Assembly: GCF_964204865.1 (NCBI RefSeq)
Contig: NC_135253.1
Location: 9,362,001 to 9,426,000 of the forward strand
Direction: 5' to 3'
Length of the DNA stretch: 64,000 bases
From: Styela clava
Taxonomy: Eukaryota
Below are positions 1 through 13,952 of this stretch, piece after piece (positions within the stretch are counted from its first letter, which is position 1; each line of letters starts with the position of its first letter). The translations under genes and the position numbers were made by a program. The notes under the pieces were generated by a model, which made no database searches, was not told the origin of the DNA, and worked only from the letters and a program-made list of their open reading frames with translations.

Positions 1-2027
1 TAATCTGAATATTCGAAGGGATTAAATATAGTTAAACATAGTACGACATAGATACCAGAATATTACTGTTTTAATTTTCCATAGAATAATTGCCTTTATC
101 ATATGCTTATTTTAGCTGGAAGAACTACTACACAATACGTTATTCTGAGCAACGGTGTATATATGAACTAAGTCGAATGCCTTGTCGGTGTGCCGATAGC
201 GACGAGTACCGCTGCGTATTTCTTTCTTTTCTCCCAAGCCGCAAACGTTCGAACGCTCTCCCATTTTGTCGCACAGACGTTGTTCGCTCGAATATTTTAG
301 AAATGTGTATCTGCGCTTACTTATATCACAACTTGCATAAACGTTGACGAAAAGACTCATTTGCTCAAAATGTACTTCAACATAGTATCAAAGGAGTAAT
401 AAATATAAGTAGAGCTCTTTGAATTTTGCTTTGAAACCATGTATTCCTGTTATTTAGTAAAATACTATGGTTGAATTCTTTTTTTAACTGTTGACGACTT
501 TTCGGCAAATACAAAGTATACTGCAGCAATAGGGTCGTCTCGCTACCGCAACTATTTTAAGATTCTTAAATTATTGCTATGAACTTTCATTAACAATGTA
601 CTCATTTTTAAATTGAATAAATCTGCTCAAAATATTCATAATATATTCCTTTTTCCTGACATACCTACAATTGAGAAAAATTCTGATGGAATATAAATTT
701 TGTTGACCTGAAGAATAACCTAAATCCCTTGCTAATCTAATCCTTGTTTGAACAGAGATTGGGACTTCAAATTGGGCTTTCTTAGTAATCTCTAACAGTC
801 AGGAACATTATTAAAGATATGTTAATAAAACGTTTAACTCACAAACAAACAATTACTGATTTATCTAGCTACATTTAATAATTTTAATAATAATATTCCG
901 TTACTTTCTCAAATTGAAAAGTTGTTTCCATTGTCTAATCATTCACTAAAACTTAGTATAGAGGACTAAAACCTCAATGGTATTAGTATTCGGAAGTCTT
1001 CAAAAATTCCATATTGTTGATTTTTAAATCAAAATATTTACGCAAAATCTACTAAAATTTAGCCTGATTTTGTTTTAACTTCAAATAGAAAATTTATGAG
1101 TTCCATCGTCTAAACTTCTCAAAACACTTGCGAATAACATATGTATCAAAGTTCTTTCAAAATCCGCTATAGTCCTAATACGTGAGAACATACTGTCTTA
1201 TACTAAAGAATTGACGTACTTTGGGTCTAGAACTAACCTTTTATGAAACACGGTCAAGTTTGACGACCGTGTGTACATTTCAAATCGTGTTAATCTTAAT
1301 GTTTGTTTTTCGCTGAAAATTCTTTTATTTGAATAACGCATGGACCTCTTGGTCAAATACCTTTTTATTGTATATTATACAATTTCAATACAATGTAATA
1401 GAGACCGATATTTTCTATCGTGTGTTAATTGATACGAATATAATATGTTATGAAATAAAACATTGACTTTGTTGAGATTGGTTATCTTTCATAGACCGTA
1501 GGATATCGTTTGGATTATATTGATTTACTCGTTAGTATGCTCGCGTCGATATCGCATACTATCGCCGCTACTGGTCAGTATAGCCGACATCGCGAAAAAT
1601 TTTCAGTGTGAAACGACGTTGGTTTGGGACATGTCAACCATAATTTCCTCTTGCCATACAAGTATTATTATATATTCTGTATAGACAGAAAAGGGGCTTT
1701 ACCGCTGCAGTCGAGATGTTCAGCATTACAAGAGTTACAGGAACATAAATTAGAAAAATCATTCCCTCAAGAAGCTGTTGGCACACACAACTTCGTTTAG
1801 AGATCTGAATTTTAAAATTCTGTGTTAGTGCGCGAAACCCAGGGTAAAATCATTAATGAAATGATCATGTTTCAAGGTATGTCGATTTCATGAAATTAGG
1901 AAAAAATTAACAATATGCAGAAAAATTTGATACTAAAAGCTTTGAAGCGCCACAGGCATTAAAAATAATCTGTATCTCGCTACGAGTATGCGAAGGAATT
2001 TTTGTGTGGCAATGAAAGATCATTATA

Positions 2028-2089
2028 TTTTTGTTAATTAGCACAAGTTTTTAGTATTTTTTTGTTAATTAGCACAAGTTTTTAGTATT
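2028..2089. repeat. Short tandem duplication (~31 bp x2)
   Basis: TTTTTGTTAATTAGCACAAGTTTTTAGTATT occurs twice in tandem. Confidence 0.85.
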
Positions 2090-5000
2090 AAGTTTGGTTA
2101 CGTATTGCAACATTGTCATCCTTTTTTTTACAATTGACAGCAATTTCATAATAGGGCTGAATGAATTCAAATCTGTAACATCGAATTAGCAATGACGTGT
2201 GCTTTAGAAAAAAATTATGCCCGGAAGCTCACGAAAAACCCAACAAGTGAACAAAATTAAATAAACACAAAATACCAGAAGTACGCGAAGAGATATGTAA
2301 TATAAGGTCTATTACCCTACCGAATCGCAATTTTTTGGTTCCAGGCAACGTTACGACGATAATGGTACTTGACGCCAGGCCTCGAGAGCAAGCAGGCCCC
2401 ATTTTGACCCTCAAGCGCCAGCTGAACTACTTCGTTTTGCTCATTAGCCGACACCGCATTTTCAATTTTGCTTTGCATTTATTCTGCGTCACTTTTTTCA
2501 GAATTCGACTTACGATTGGCAGTTTAATTTAAAATCTAAAACTTCCCGCGGTAATCTGCTAGACGGTTTGCAAATTTTTGAGTAGAAATAAAAATGGCCG
2601 AAGTATAGACCAATCGGTTGTTTCGTTCAAGATGTGAAATTATATCCTTCTATGATAGTACAATCTACAATGTGACCGCTACCTAGATAATTCATAGCAG
2701 GTACATGTACAGTTTGTGAAAATCAAATATTTTACTCAAGTTTACTAGTACTCACTTCCTTACGATGTTATTGCTAGATCTAAATCGAATCCCAAATTAA
2801 CAAGATCATGATGGGTGCTTGACCAAAACTGAGTGTCAGAGTGTGAGTTAAGATTCATTAACTCCATTTGGCTAAGTATATATACTCAATTTATTCCTAC
2901 CAAAATCGAGTTGAATTAGGTTTCAGATTTTGTATGGGAAATTGCAAGATTTTTACTTCTGTATTATATCTTTGAACTACCGCAAGTACAATACACTCCG
3001 AAGCAAAAACTAACTGAATGGAAAAACTTTTATGGGAAATTTAAACAGACAGTAACATTGACTTATATTTTTTCACTGAAGATACCTTCATTCTACCGAT
3101 CTGTAATGCGATGCAACTCGTTGGCGTTAAGACGAAATGGTCCCGCCTGAAATGGAAATTCGCCATTTTGTATTCGTCGCATAACGCAACGCTTGGCGGA
3201 TACTATTTCCTTCAATTTTAGGTGACTTCGCTCAGCGAGAACTACAGTTTTTATTTTATTTTTACGCAAGAAATTACTTCATTTTTTACTCATTTGAAAA
3301 AAATTGTGAGTAGTTATAGTAACCGCTCAATCAATTACAGTTTAAAATTTACGTTTTATGGGAAACAATTTGTCTTTAGCGCCAACAATAGCGTACTTTT
3401 TGGGGCGTTTCGTTTTTTTTTTCTAAACAATATTAAATATGTAGCCAGTGGCATTGATGAAATACTACTTCTTATAAGAACCTAGACGACCCAATTCTGG
3501 GTGAAGTGACAACAATAGGATTTAGACACGAGGCGTTAAACTTATTAGGCGAACGCAAGGCTGATTAACTACTCTATATACACGCCTAAACGCAGATATA
3601 CCAAATAACAACACTTGATAGACGTTATGATGCCCAAAATGGATGACTGCTTGAAATTTTGTTGTGACGGTAACGTCGCATGTAAAAATGTGTTGTAAAA
3701 TTAATAATCACACTTAAATCTAAAAGTTAAAATAGATCCGAATGTGATTGTATCAATTTGTGACGGAATGATCGGGTCCTACTGAGGAATTCACGAAACT
3801 CAAAAATATATTTTTTATGTGACGCTTTTTTATCAGCGACTGATATCTAATGATATGGGAGGAGCGGAATCTCTCCGGTTCGGCGTTGCCTATAACCAAT
3901 TTAATCAACCCCAGGTAAAGTGAGGGCAGGAGATTTGAACCCGAGCTGTCAAAATTCCCCTGCAAAAAATCTGGTCTGGTCTACTGCAAGAAGTTCGGGG
4001 TCCACATGGAAAAAAATATACCCACATATATATATTTCCTTTTGATACGTCGAGAGTATAATTTTTAAAATAAACACTTTCTCGCAGATCACGCAACCAT
4101 TCTTTCAACGATTTTCGCATTTTGTTTCTCAGATAAAACTTGATAATTATTTCAACAATTATATGCAATGATAGAAAAGCTCATCGAAGCATCGTCTAAT
4201 TTTGAACTACATCGATATGTTTTTACATATTATTTTTATAAGTTTAAATTCCTGTGATTCGTTGGGAAATTTCATATATATATAGATAGTGTTTCACCTT
4301 ACCTCAACTCTCCCGAATATACTTCTGATAATTTTTTATTGCATTTAACAAGCCACACGGAGCTAAGAAACAATTGAAAATTGCCATAAATTTGAAATGA
4401 GAAAGCTAAAATGCCTGGAGTTAAATGAACTAAAATCCAAAAAATACTATAGCATTTTTAAGGACATCGCAGCCATCCATTCTCGCAGAAGAAATGCAAA
4501 TTTTTTTGAATTCTCAATTCATATACAATTATATCATTTTTATTCAACTCATGCATATTTATAATTTTGGTGCACATGTACCCTTATTGTATTAGAGATT
4601 TAAAGAAACAAGGTTTCAACGACATTTTGAAATTGAAATCAAAACTGGTAAATGACACACAGATGAATAATTCTGCAAAGGAAATACCTATGGAACAATA
4701 AATGCAAAACTTTCCTAGGTGAAGACTAAACGATTCTCTCATTTTGAAAAGGATGATCTTGTTTTGCATGATCTCCAGCAGCCACAATTCCGTTTTGAAG
4801 ACAATTTTTGAAAAGAGAAAAATATGCAGATTATTTAAAATTTTCAGAGTTTTTACTGTTATGCATATAAACTTTTCTACTTTATCTTGAAATACATTTT
4901 CTTGTCTTCTGAGAACCAGGTACATGTATTTTCATTTTCTATTAATTGCTTGGTACTGATGTAGCTATTTTTCTAGAGCCATCGATACAATTTTTTCTGT

Positions 5001-5596
5001 ACATTAATAGTTGCGCAATACTTTCTCTTCTTGCACTTATATCGATTACTATTTTGGAATAAAAAAAATTATATTGAGTCTTCTTAATTGATAATGAATA
5101 ACTTTTGCTTGTCTGTTTGCTCTAAGTTTATCAATTTACAAGCACGTTTTTAGAACTTTCAAAAATACTTACCTACAAATACGCCTTCTAAATTTTTAAG
5201 GGTAGGAAGACTTGAAACATTTAATCATTTACAAGAAAAATGCGCGAACGCACAGCCCAAATTGTCCTGTCAGATTAACCTGATACTCTTTATTTGACTT
5301 TGAAACTGTACCAAGAATCAGATTTCCATTATTCTCGATGGTGAATATATTGCCTCCGATATATTGTATCAATAGGTTCTATGATAAAATTGAAGTAAAG
5401 AAAGATCCACAGGCGATATCTTCTGAAGGACAAGTATCACGAATTTGGTACTCTAAAAACTTGGATGTTTGAATCAATGTTGCAATGACTTTTTGTGTAA
5501 TTATAAACAAAATTTGTGTTCCTGTCTTCCATCTTATTCTTTGCCTATATGATAAGTTATAGATTACATTATTTCAGATTTATTCATTACTTAGAT

Positions 5597-5920
5597 CAGC
5601 GGTTCCCAAGAATTTTTGTTCGTGAGGGCACCAATTTATCAGGGGAAAAACTCACGGCGCACTTACACAAAAATAAAATTGCCGTTTTCAAATAAAACTC
5701 AATTTTGTGATCGTTAATGTGTACTTTATGCTTTTTAAAGGCCTAAATAATAAAAGCAATGTCAAACCTTCTTCCTCATCTCTGCCTGATTTTGCTTTAA
5801 AATAAATATGTAAAATATTTAATCATATATTAGATATGTTTAACACAATTTTGTTAATTTTCGGCGCCCACTTAGCAAATCGGAGCACTTACCCGCGCCG
5901 CCCCCTTTAGGATCCGCAGT
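5597..5920. mobile_element. Degenerate hAT-Charlie-like MITE
   Basis: CAGCGGTTCCCAA head with CGGCGC(A/C)C subterminal motifs; right end degraded. Confidence 0.45.
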
Positions 5921-7745
5921 TTAGTTTAATAGATTGGACTGCGCGCCTATTTACACCCTGTAACTCTACCCCTTCCCACAAAAATAGAACCCAGGCCATT
6001 TAGAACATATTCTATATAGAAAACATAACTTCTGTGCAAAGCGTCCTAGTTTACTGGAACTTTTGGATACAATCATAAACAAACAAAATAAATAATTTTT
6101 TTTTACAATAAGTTGTTTAAAAATTTCTGGGTTTTGTTTTTTGGAATTACCTTTTGGTTTACAAAATTGGTTATTTCCTGAAAAAAAAAATCATTTTGAT
6201 GTGATACCTTTGTTTGAAACTTTACATATATATAAAAAATGAATTGAATAAAAAATAATTTGGACAAAGTAGTTTTTTTAAATACATTAAATTCATCAAG
6301 GTGAGTGATTTTTTTATCGCAGGGATTACTACTAAATGTGTACTAGGTACTCAGCATCGGTTCGGTTATGTGAAAATCTGAAGTGGTAGGATCGGGGATC
6401 AAAAGAAAGAGGACCTGCGAAAGCCATTTTAACGTGATGAATGCGCGGCATCGAGTGGGAGCGCAATAAAAATTGAACGCACAGTCGTTTCAAGCACCTC
6501 TTATGTGCCTGGCATTCCGGATAGAAATCTTTGTCCAGCTGCTCAACCATTTCTGTGACGGGCTTTGTTATGATGAATCCCGATAGAAGTTTTCGTTTTA
6601 CTATGAGTACATTCAATTTCTATTATATTGATTTCTATGCAATAATCAACACAGCTCATGTGGCGTTTAATAGTCATTACTTTTATTTGTCAGTCAAAAT
6701 CGTAATCACAAGCTAAAGTTTTATATTAATTAAGGTAAAATCCGAGAATGTGAGACCTAAATAGGCAAATGATAACATATTTTAAAAAACGAATGTTTTT
6801 AAAAATGATTTCGTTTTCCTATATAAGCTTTTACCAAACTTTGTGATCCAAATGTTTACTGAAAATAAAAATAAATAACATAAATACGCGTTTTCCTTCA
6901 TATTATTAGCAACAAAAGTTGACAAATACCTCGCATAATTGAAAACCTTTTTTTTTCAATTATACAATTGATAAAAAGCCTACATACTGTAAACTCATTC
7001 CAATAATTTTTACTTTTACCTCTCATTTTCTGAGAAATACAGAAAAATCTGTAAGTTCAGTAAGAACAATTGAAATTTAACCGTCATACTGTTTGCATGT
7101 AAACATTAATTTTGTGCTTGGAACGGAATTTACTTGGGAGATTAATGAGAAAACTGTTCCATGTTATAGAGAATTAAAACAAAGCTAAATTTTCCTATCA
7201 TAATGAAGAAAAACATAAATAATTATGAGGTATTGCCTACAATAATATATTATTAAAGCAGTTTACCTTAAGTTAAAAATAGTCCCGAACTAGACTATAT
7301 ATTATATATATCAATAGCTTATTACTAATTCGTAATCACTTCGATCACATAAACAAAATGGCGTATAATACGGCTGATGAATTCAGTATTATTGGAAGTG
7401 TGCTTGAATTGCTCAACCCAATGGTCTTTGTTTCTATAGAATGTTGCGTGGTAGAATTTCTAAATGATGATCAATAAAAAACTCCATTAAAACGTAATTG
7501 TAATTGTTTTGCTTATTTACAGTTAAACAATCATCACCAGGCTTCAGTCTTCTTTTATCTTCGACTTATGAACCGCATTGTAATTGAACTATCGGACATT
7601 CCTATTAAATAAAAGAGAGTGCCGGATCATATAATTTATATAATATAATAAATTAATGAAGCATTATAAAACCTAACCTAAAACAATATTAAAAAGTATA
7701 CTGCAGAAATAAATATTGAAAAAAAGTTCCAACTATAGAATTTAT

Positions 7746-7981
7746 GGGGATCCCGAAGTATGCGAACCAAGATGGCGGACATCGGAATGTAATATGTGTA
7801 CTAGGTTAGATTTAGGCCATAATTTTAGGTATAAATACTACGGGAGGCTCTTGGCTAGTCTTCGAACTGATAATAGGTCTAAAATAAGGAAAATTGGAAA
7901 AAAATTATCGCCTAACCCTAACCTGTTACCCATGTTACGTTCCGATGTCCGCCATCTTGGTTCGCGTACTTCGGGAGCACC
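7746..7981. mobile_element. MITE family A (GG...CC ends, long TIRs, 8-bp TSD; Merlin/MULE-like), copy 1
   Basis: About 70-bp TIRs (GGGGATCCCGAAGTATGCGAACCAAGATGGCGG.../...CCGCCATCTTGGTTCGCGTACTTCGGGAGCACC); perfect TSD GAATTTAT at 7738-7745 and 7982-7989. Confidence 0.9.
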
Positions 7982-8529
7982 GAATTTATTGTATGGAGAA
8001 GTGATCAAAATCATGATCTGTGACTTAAAATTGAAAATTATTGTTTATTTGCCTGTCAACAATACTTCAAGTGAATTTCAGTTTTCCGAAGCGGCATTTT
8101 TATAAGAAACAGCAGGTGTAGATCTATTTCAATAATTATATACAATAGTCCTGCTTGTTGAATCAATGACAATGCATTACTTCATTTATTGAGCAATTAA
8201 TCCATACACTCAGTCCCACAAAGGCAATAGGAAACATATAATATATCTCACACCACAATAAAAATATTCCTGTTGGTATGGTATTTTACATGCAAGTAAT
8301 GATTTCAGAAAAAAAAATTAATCAATCTTGATTTAGTTCGAGAAACCCATGAGAAGTGTCTTCAAATTCTTTTTATACGGCAATAAATACATACATTGAA
8401 ACTATTTCTAGGAAGTATACTCTAAATCTAGAAAAAAAGCAAGTTGGAGTCAATAAAATGTTACATGTTATTATTTCGTTCATATAAAATATTCAAGAAT
8501 TAATCCAAGGTATTCACGGAGAATGGACG

Positions 8530-9560
8530 TGGGGATGGGCCGAGATTCGGATTCAGACTCGGATTCGTATCGAATCCACGCATTTTTCTGGACTCGGATT
8601 CGATTTCAAGTCCACGTCATTTTTACCGAATTCATAATCAATTAGGTTTCTTCTAATTTACGCCTACGTTATATACTTTTACATTTAAAAAGCTCGGAAC
8701 ATACCATAACTAGTTAAAATCCAATATTGGATCTTTAAAGCACATACATAGGTAATGTATCACATGCATTACAAACAATCCCAATAAAAACGACGACATA
8801 TATATATTGAAATAGAATAACGCAGATTGTAACTATTGATCGCTTATAACAATAATGTCGCCGCCCAAACTATCTAACCTTTTGGTATACATGTGAACAA
8901 GAAAATATTTCTTGGCGAAATATATTTGATATTCGGTTGGCGTATAAATGAAACCTGGTCTACCACGAGAAAATTTCCGCTTATTCATGATAGAAGTCAT
9001 TTCAAGTTTCAAAGTTTTGCCAAAAACTACAAAAGTTGGCACCAAGCGAAGTAAATTACTAAAACTCCAAGCAAGAGAACTTAAAATGAGTGGTTATAGA
9101 ATCTTTACGTGAACTAGTGAATTGCAAGCAGATGTAACACATTGTATTGACAAATGGCATCTCTCTATTATTTGCGCAAGCGAGATATAGTGAGTTTACG
9201 GCTAAAAATTGACTGACATCGACATGTGAGGATTTTGGGATAGCCGCCCAAAATTAACGGAAAGCGATGGGCGGGAAATACAGTTCACAGCCCAGGCGAA
9301 TATTGATCCACGTTTACGTTTGTATTATAGCCAAAAAACAAAAGGAAAATATATTCCTAAAATGGTTCAACAGCTACCAACTGAACCATTAGGAAAAAAA
9401 TACGAGATACGATTATTGTTTTTGAGCCCACGTTGCTGTATCAGAGTCAGAAACGTCTTTTTCCGTTATGACGTCACGGACTCGAAGGATTCGATTCGAG
9501 TCCTTGACCTATTACTCGGATTTGCCGAACCTCTGTAATTCCCCACTCGTCCCATCCCAG
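8530..9560. mobile_element. Non-autonomous DNA transposon with GACTCG/GATTCG subterminal repeats
   Basis: Imperfect TIR TGGGGATGGGCCGAG / CTCGTCCCATCCCAG; GATTCG/GACTCG clusters at both ends; no clear TSD. Confidence 0.6.
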
Positions 9561-9673
9561 CCAGTGGAGTAATAAACCAGCTGACGATGGGAACAGGATG
9601 TTTGATAAAACCAGCTTAATAGTGCCAACTTGCGGGTGCTTGAAGAGGATTGCATTAGGTTGTATTAAAAATT

Positions 9674-9870
9674 TACTCCAGAAGTATGTGTACTAATATG
9701 GAGGTAACTAATTTTGTTCGCTTATTTTACATCAAGTTGTGTAAAGGAACTTTTCACTTGGCTACAAAAAAAAACAGTCTCCGACATCGGGATAGAACTA
9801 AAATAAGGAAAATTGGAATTAAATGATGACCTAACCCTAACCTGGTACGAGTACTAACTACGGGAGTATC
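9674..9870 (-). mobile_element. MITE family B with telomere-like core
   Basis: TACTCCAGAAG...CCTAACCCTAACCTGGTAC...CTACGGGAGTA; reverse-complement homologue of 26651-26838. Confidence 0.75.
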
Positions 9871-12501
9871 AAAATTTGACTACAGGTAAAATATATTTTT
9901 TCTCAGAATTTGCTGAAATTTAACAAAGAATACTGCAACATCACAACTTGACATCAGCACTTTTTCTCTGTTCAATACATATTTTGACTCCATTTTGCGA
10001 CTTAAATCCGAAATTTGGACAAACCTTGGCTCTCAATAAGTTCAAAAATAGTACATTATCTTTAACGGCAACACTCATAAAATATTTGATCTCTACATGT
10101 TTTTTCTCAATGACTTCCGGGTTCTTCCGCAAGGTGGGATACGAGATCAATATAATGTAGTTTCTTTACATGATATCGGGAAACAGTGACAGAGCTTTGA
10201 ACCACCTCAAAAAATATTGCTAAGCTGAAATATGTTTCTGTAATAACGACGTTGCTGAATTCTAAACGACTCAAGAAATTTTCAAACATCATTTGCTACT
10301 AAATACTACAAATTGTTCATCTGTGTCATATCCTTAACCATTTGCAAGTTATTCAACCACAAACCGGTATAGAGACAACGAACGAGATTTTTTTTTATAT
10401 AACGATCAATAAAAAAAAGATCAAAAAGCGTGAGTGAGACAATTCTGTCGACAGAGCAGTCTCTTGTACCACACAAACGTTACACTAGAATTCGAATAGT
10501 ATTTTTCCAGAAAATTAGGCGTGATGAAATTTGAAAGTCGTTGAGTATTGACTGAGTAGCAAATCATGGCTATAGGTGTAGTGTTCCTATATATGCAATC
10601 TCGTCACTGTTCGCTGAAAGAGTGGCAATGTTCTCTGTTAGTATGCAAATGCGTGAGTATGCGCCATACCCAAAATCTTACCCAGCCAAAAATAAATAGA
10701 AATGTTTGCTATTTTTTTTTTGTATATTGTCGTAATACGACGTTTACCTGAGCATTTTTCTCCGAACAAAGCTAGATAAAAACGGCCGCTGTTATTTAAA
10801 TATATCAATAAAGAAACTCTCTATAGACTTACCTAGCTGTTGAAGTTGTACAAGCTATATATAGCGCATTTCCACCTATCTCGCTTGGTTTATTTAGACT
10901 AGAGAAAGGATTATTGATAGTAGGTCAGGAAACGTCGTATTTCCAGCAAACCGTTCAAGAAAAAAATGATGGTGAAAAAGACGTAAGAATTTATGTATAA
11001 CTACAAATGCTGCAAAATTACATTTAGAAAAATGTTGTATTTTTTGTTTGTTGATGGTATGGCTACCCCTATAGCCATCTTTATTCCTAAAATGGTGGCA
11101 CCCGACCCCTGCTTCTCTCCTTTCAACAGTCCTCTTTGTCATTTCAACATTGAGAGGGCAATAAGTGTCACGTCGTTGCGGAGGTAAAGTAGTTTTAAGA
11201 TCAAGTAAGTTTTGTATGTACAATTTTCACCTATGACCTATAGCGCGACATAGCGCACTTGTCACCATGTTCGAGACCAAATTTCTATCAAGGATCAAGA
11301 AGCTATACTGTTCTACGTGATTTAACTTCAAGTTATGTTTGTATATTTTTACTTTATTCAATACCGATTTACCTCATCTTGACTTGGATATTCATAAATC
11401 CACTAAATGTCAATGATCATGTCATGGTTATAAGACATTTTAACACTACAAGAAATGCAACTTGTCTTCAATTTTGATGTTATGTCAAAATATTTGGAAA
11501 AATCTGTAATTATCAAAATAAGTAAACAACATCAAAGAAGGAAACAACATCAAAGAAAGTAAACAAAAAGCATATTTAAAAAATTACTATAGTCACAAAA
11601 AGTTCAAAATATGCAAAAATAATTGTGCAAAAGCAATATTATCAATGCTCTCAAAAAGCACTTTCAGACAGTTCGAGTAAATGCGACCATGACAACTTAC
11701 TTGAGAGCCTTAACTGTTTTTGATGAGGACCATCAGCTAATTTATTACATCGGTCAAAAAGGTTTTCAATCCGAATGTCAACTTTTAGACAATCCTAATT
11801 GCAACTTAGATTTTCAGCTATAAGGCTAGTATGATAAGAATAGTGCCAGGATCTCCATCAGGTATTAAAGTTTTTATTTCAAACTAATTGTACGATCAAT
11901 ATCAAAGAGTTTCACAAAGCCCACTTTTCTAACCATCAGTAAAGTTTTTGAAAAAATAAACAAATTTTAATTCCAACATTACTGAGTTCATGCCTTCGTT
12001 TTTGTTTGTGGTTTTATCCGAAAACAATCGGCAGTTAGGTACCTCCTTCACATTAAGTAAATAAATTGAGCATAATTTATTTAGATAGTTGAAAGAGTCT
12101 ATGCTTTTTATAATAACAAAACATTACTAAATTTACAAAAAATACAATAGAGTATTGTACAACCTTCTTCGCCAATTTCAAAAATGAATATTCAATAAAT
12201 TGCAATTCAAGTCCCACTGTCACGCGTTGATATATCTGTTATATATTGCTTTATTCTCGTTTCCTCCAGGGACATATTATAGTGGGTACTGATAGGGTTG
12301 CAGTCCAGAATCTGAATAAGTCCACCAATGTCAACATGCTAATGGGCGCTAGTAGATTTTTGCCTAAAAACGCCGAGTAGTAGGGGAAGGTCGAATTATT
12401 AGAATGAAATCTTTGGAGTTGAGATTGATGATGTTATTAAGGCTTTGTATAAACCCAGAGTTTATATGCTATTTGATATGTGAACATTCGTCGTATATAT
12501 A

Positions 12502-12689
12502 AAGGGTGTCCATAAAGTCCTAAAATAAATCATCGATACCATATATTTTTTGGCCCTCACAGATGTATTAAATGAAGTAAAAATACTTAAACGCTTACTG
12601 ATTAAAAAGCAACAAACCTGGTTAAGATATATTGAGAACTAACTTCGAAACGAAAATGAAATTGTAAAGGAACTTTATGGACACCCCTG
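12502..12689. mobile_element. Tc1/mariner-type MITE
   Basis: TIR AGGGTGTCCATAAAGT / ACTTTATGGACACCCCTG flanked by TA(TA). Confidence 0.75.
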
Positions 12690-13029
12690 TATATTTGTGA
12701 TTTACAACCGTTGCTGTACAACGAATGGAATGAAATGAAGGTCTTTAATTACAGTATACCACCAGGCCTTAGAAAATTTTGATCTGTTTCTGCCCATCTT
12801 TCAGGTATGTTAGTTAGGCTACTTCATTGACGCAAGATTTGGGTATTTGCTGCTACGTTTTTCTGTATTTGAGTATTTCCTCCAACCCTGCCGCGTCCCC
12901 CTTCAAGTTAAATTGTTCTATTTCAATCTAGAATCAGAATTTTCTCGTTAGTTTAGAAGACCTACGTATTCAAATCAATTTTAGCACGTAAATTGTCGTA
13001 CGAAAATATTACTCTAAACACTGAGAACA

Positions 13030-13066
13030 AAAAGAGATCGTGAAACAAAAGAGATCGTGAAACAAA
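13030..13066. repeat. Short tandem duplication (17 bp x2)
   Basis: AAAAGAGATCGTGAAAC occurs twice in tandem. Confidence 0.8.
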
Positions 13067-13852
13067 TATTCGTCCTAATATTCTGTATTTTAAATTTAAT
13101 TATTCATGTTATTTCAAAAATGGACAACATGCGAGCTCATTTCTGTACTTCAGAAAATTAAATACTTCAATTACTGAATATATAATGCAATCAAAATCTT
13201 ATTTTGTCCAATAATATTGAATCGGAAGACTTTTAATATAAGGTTTTGACTTTAGTGTTGCTTTGTAGCTATTCAGTCTAAATCCACTGTCAGCGCTATA
13301 GCGATACTCGTAAGGTTGTGGAAGTATTCGCTGCTATCGTCATTCACAAAGGAAGTCTTGTTACCTGGCAGGGAAATTAAAAATTCTACTCGATGGATGA
13401 ACCACCGGTCGGTTCGCACTCCATAAATCGTGCATATTCAGATATTTATTTAAGCATGTGTTGCGACGTAAAGCGTAAGCACGTTACGTACGTTCGGCAG
13501 TATACAGGTACGCGTCTGTGAATGCACTGACTACACACGGCAGTTTTTGCTACAGTCGCTGCTCGTGTTGAAAGACAATCACACCGACTAAGTGTGGAGT
13601 ATCCAAAGTTCTGCTTTGGGCAAGATACAACAATGCTTCTAAATCTAGCTAACAATAGAGATTATATTCGAGATGTTTAGAAAGAAATGTTGGTTGGACG
13701 TAAATTTGTAGATCGTTTTATAAGATGGAATGTTTTTATATTTCAGCTTACAGTAGAATTTTTTAACTCAAATTGCAAACTAACTGATATTTTCTGATAC
13801 GGATGAGGACACTTTAGATCTCAAGTACGAACTCCTGCACTCACTTTCTACC

Positions 13853-13952
13853 ATGAGTACAATCGAAACCGTTTCGATTTCTCAACCGACTTATGAGCCA
13901 GGCGTTACCGGCAATGATAGTCTTACAACCGCCGAGGATGACATGTTTGTAG
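13853..13952 (+). CDS. GPCR exon 1 (extracellular N-terminus MSTIETVSISQPTYEPGVTGNDSLTTAEDDMFV)
   Basis: ATG in ACCATGA context; S/T/acidic N-terminus with N-glycosylation site NDS; donor G|gtatgt at 13953, phase 1, matching the acceptor at 17708; upstream acceptor-like tttcag at 13741-13746. Confidence 0.7.

Noticed and set aside
7716-8105. 129-aa ORF (and the similar ORF 43536-43736)
   Set aside because: Runs through MITE family A; the peptide similarity only reflects the shared repeat.
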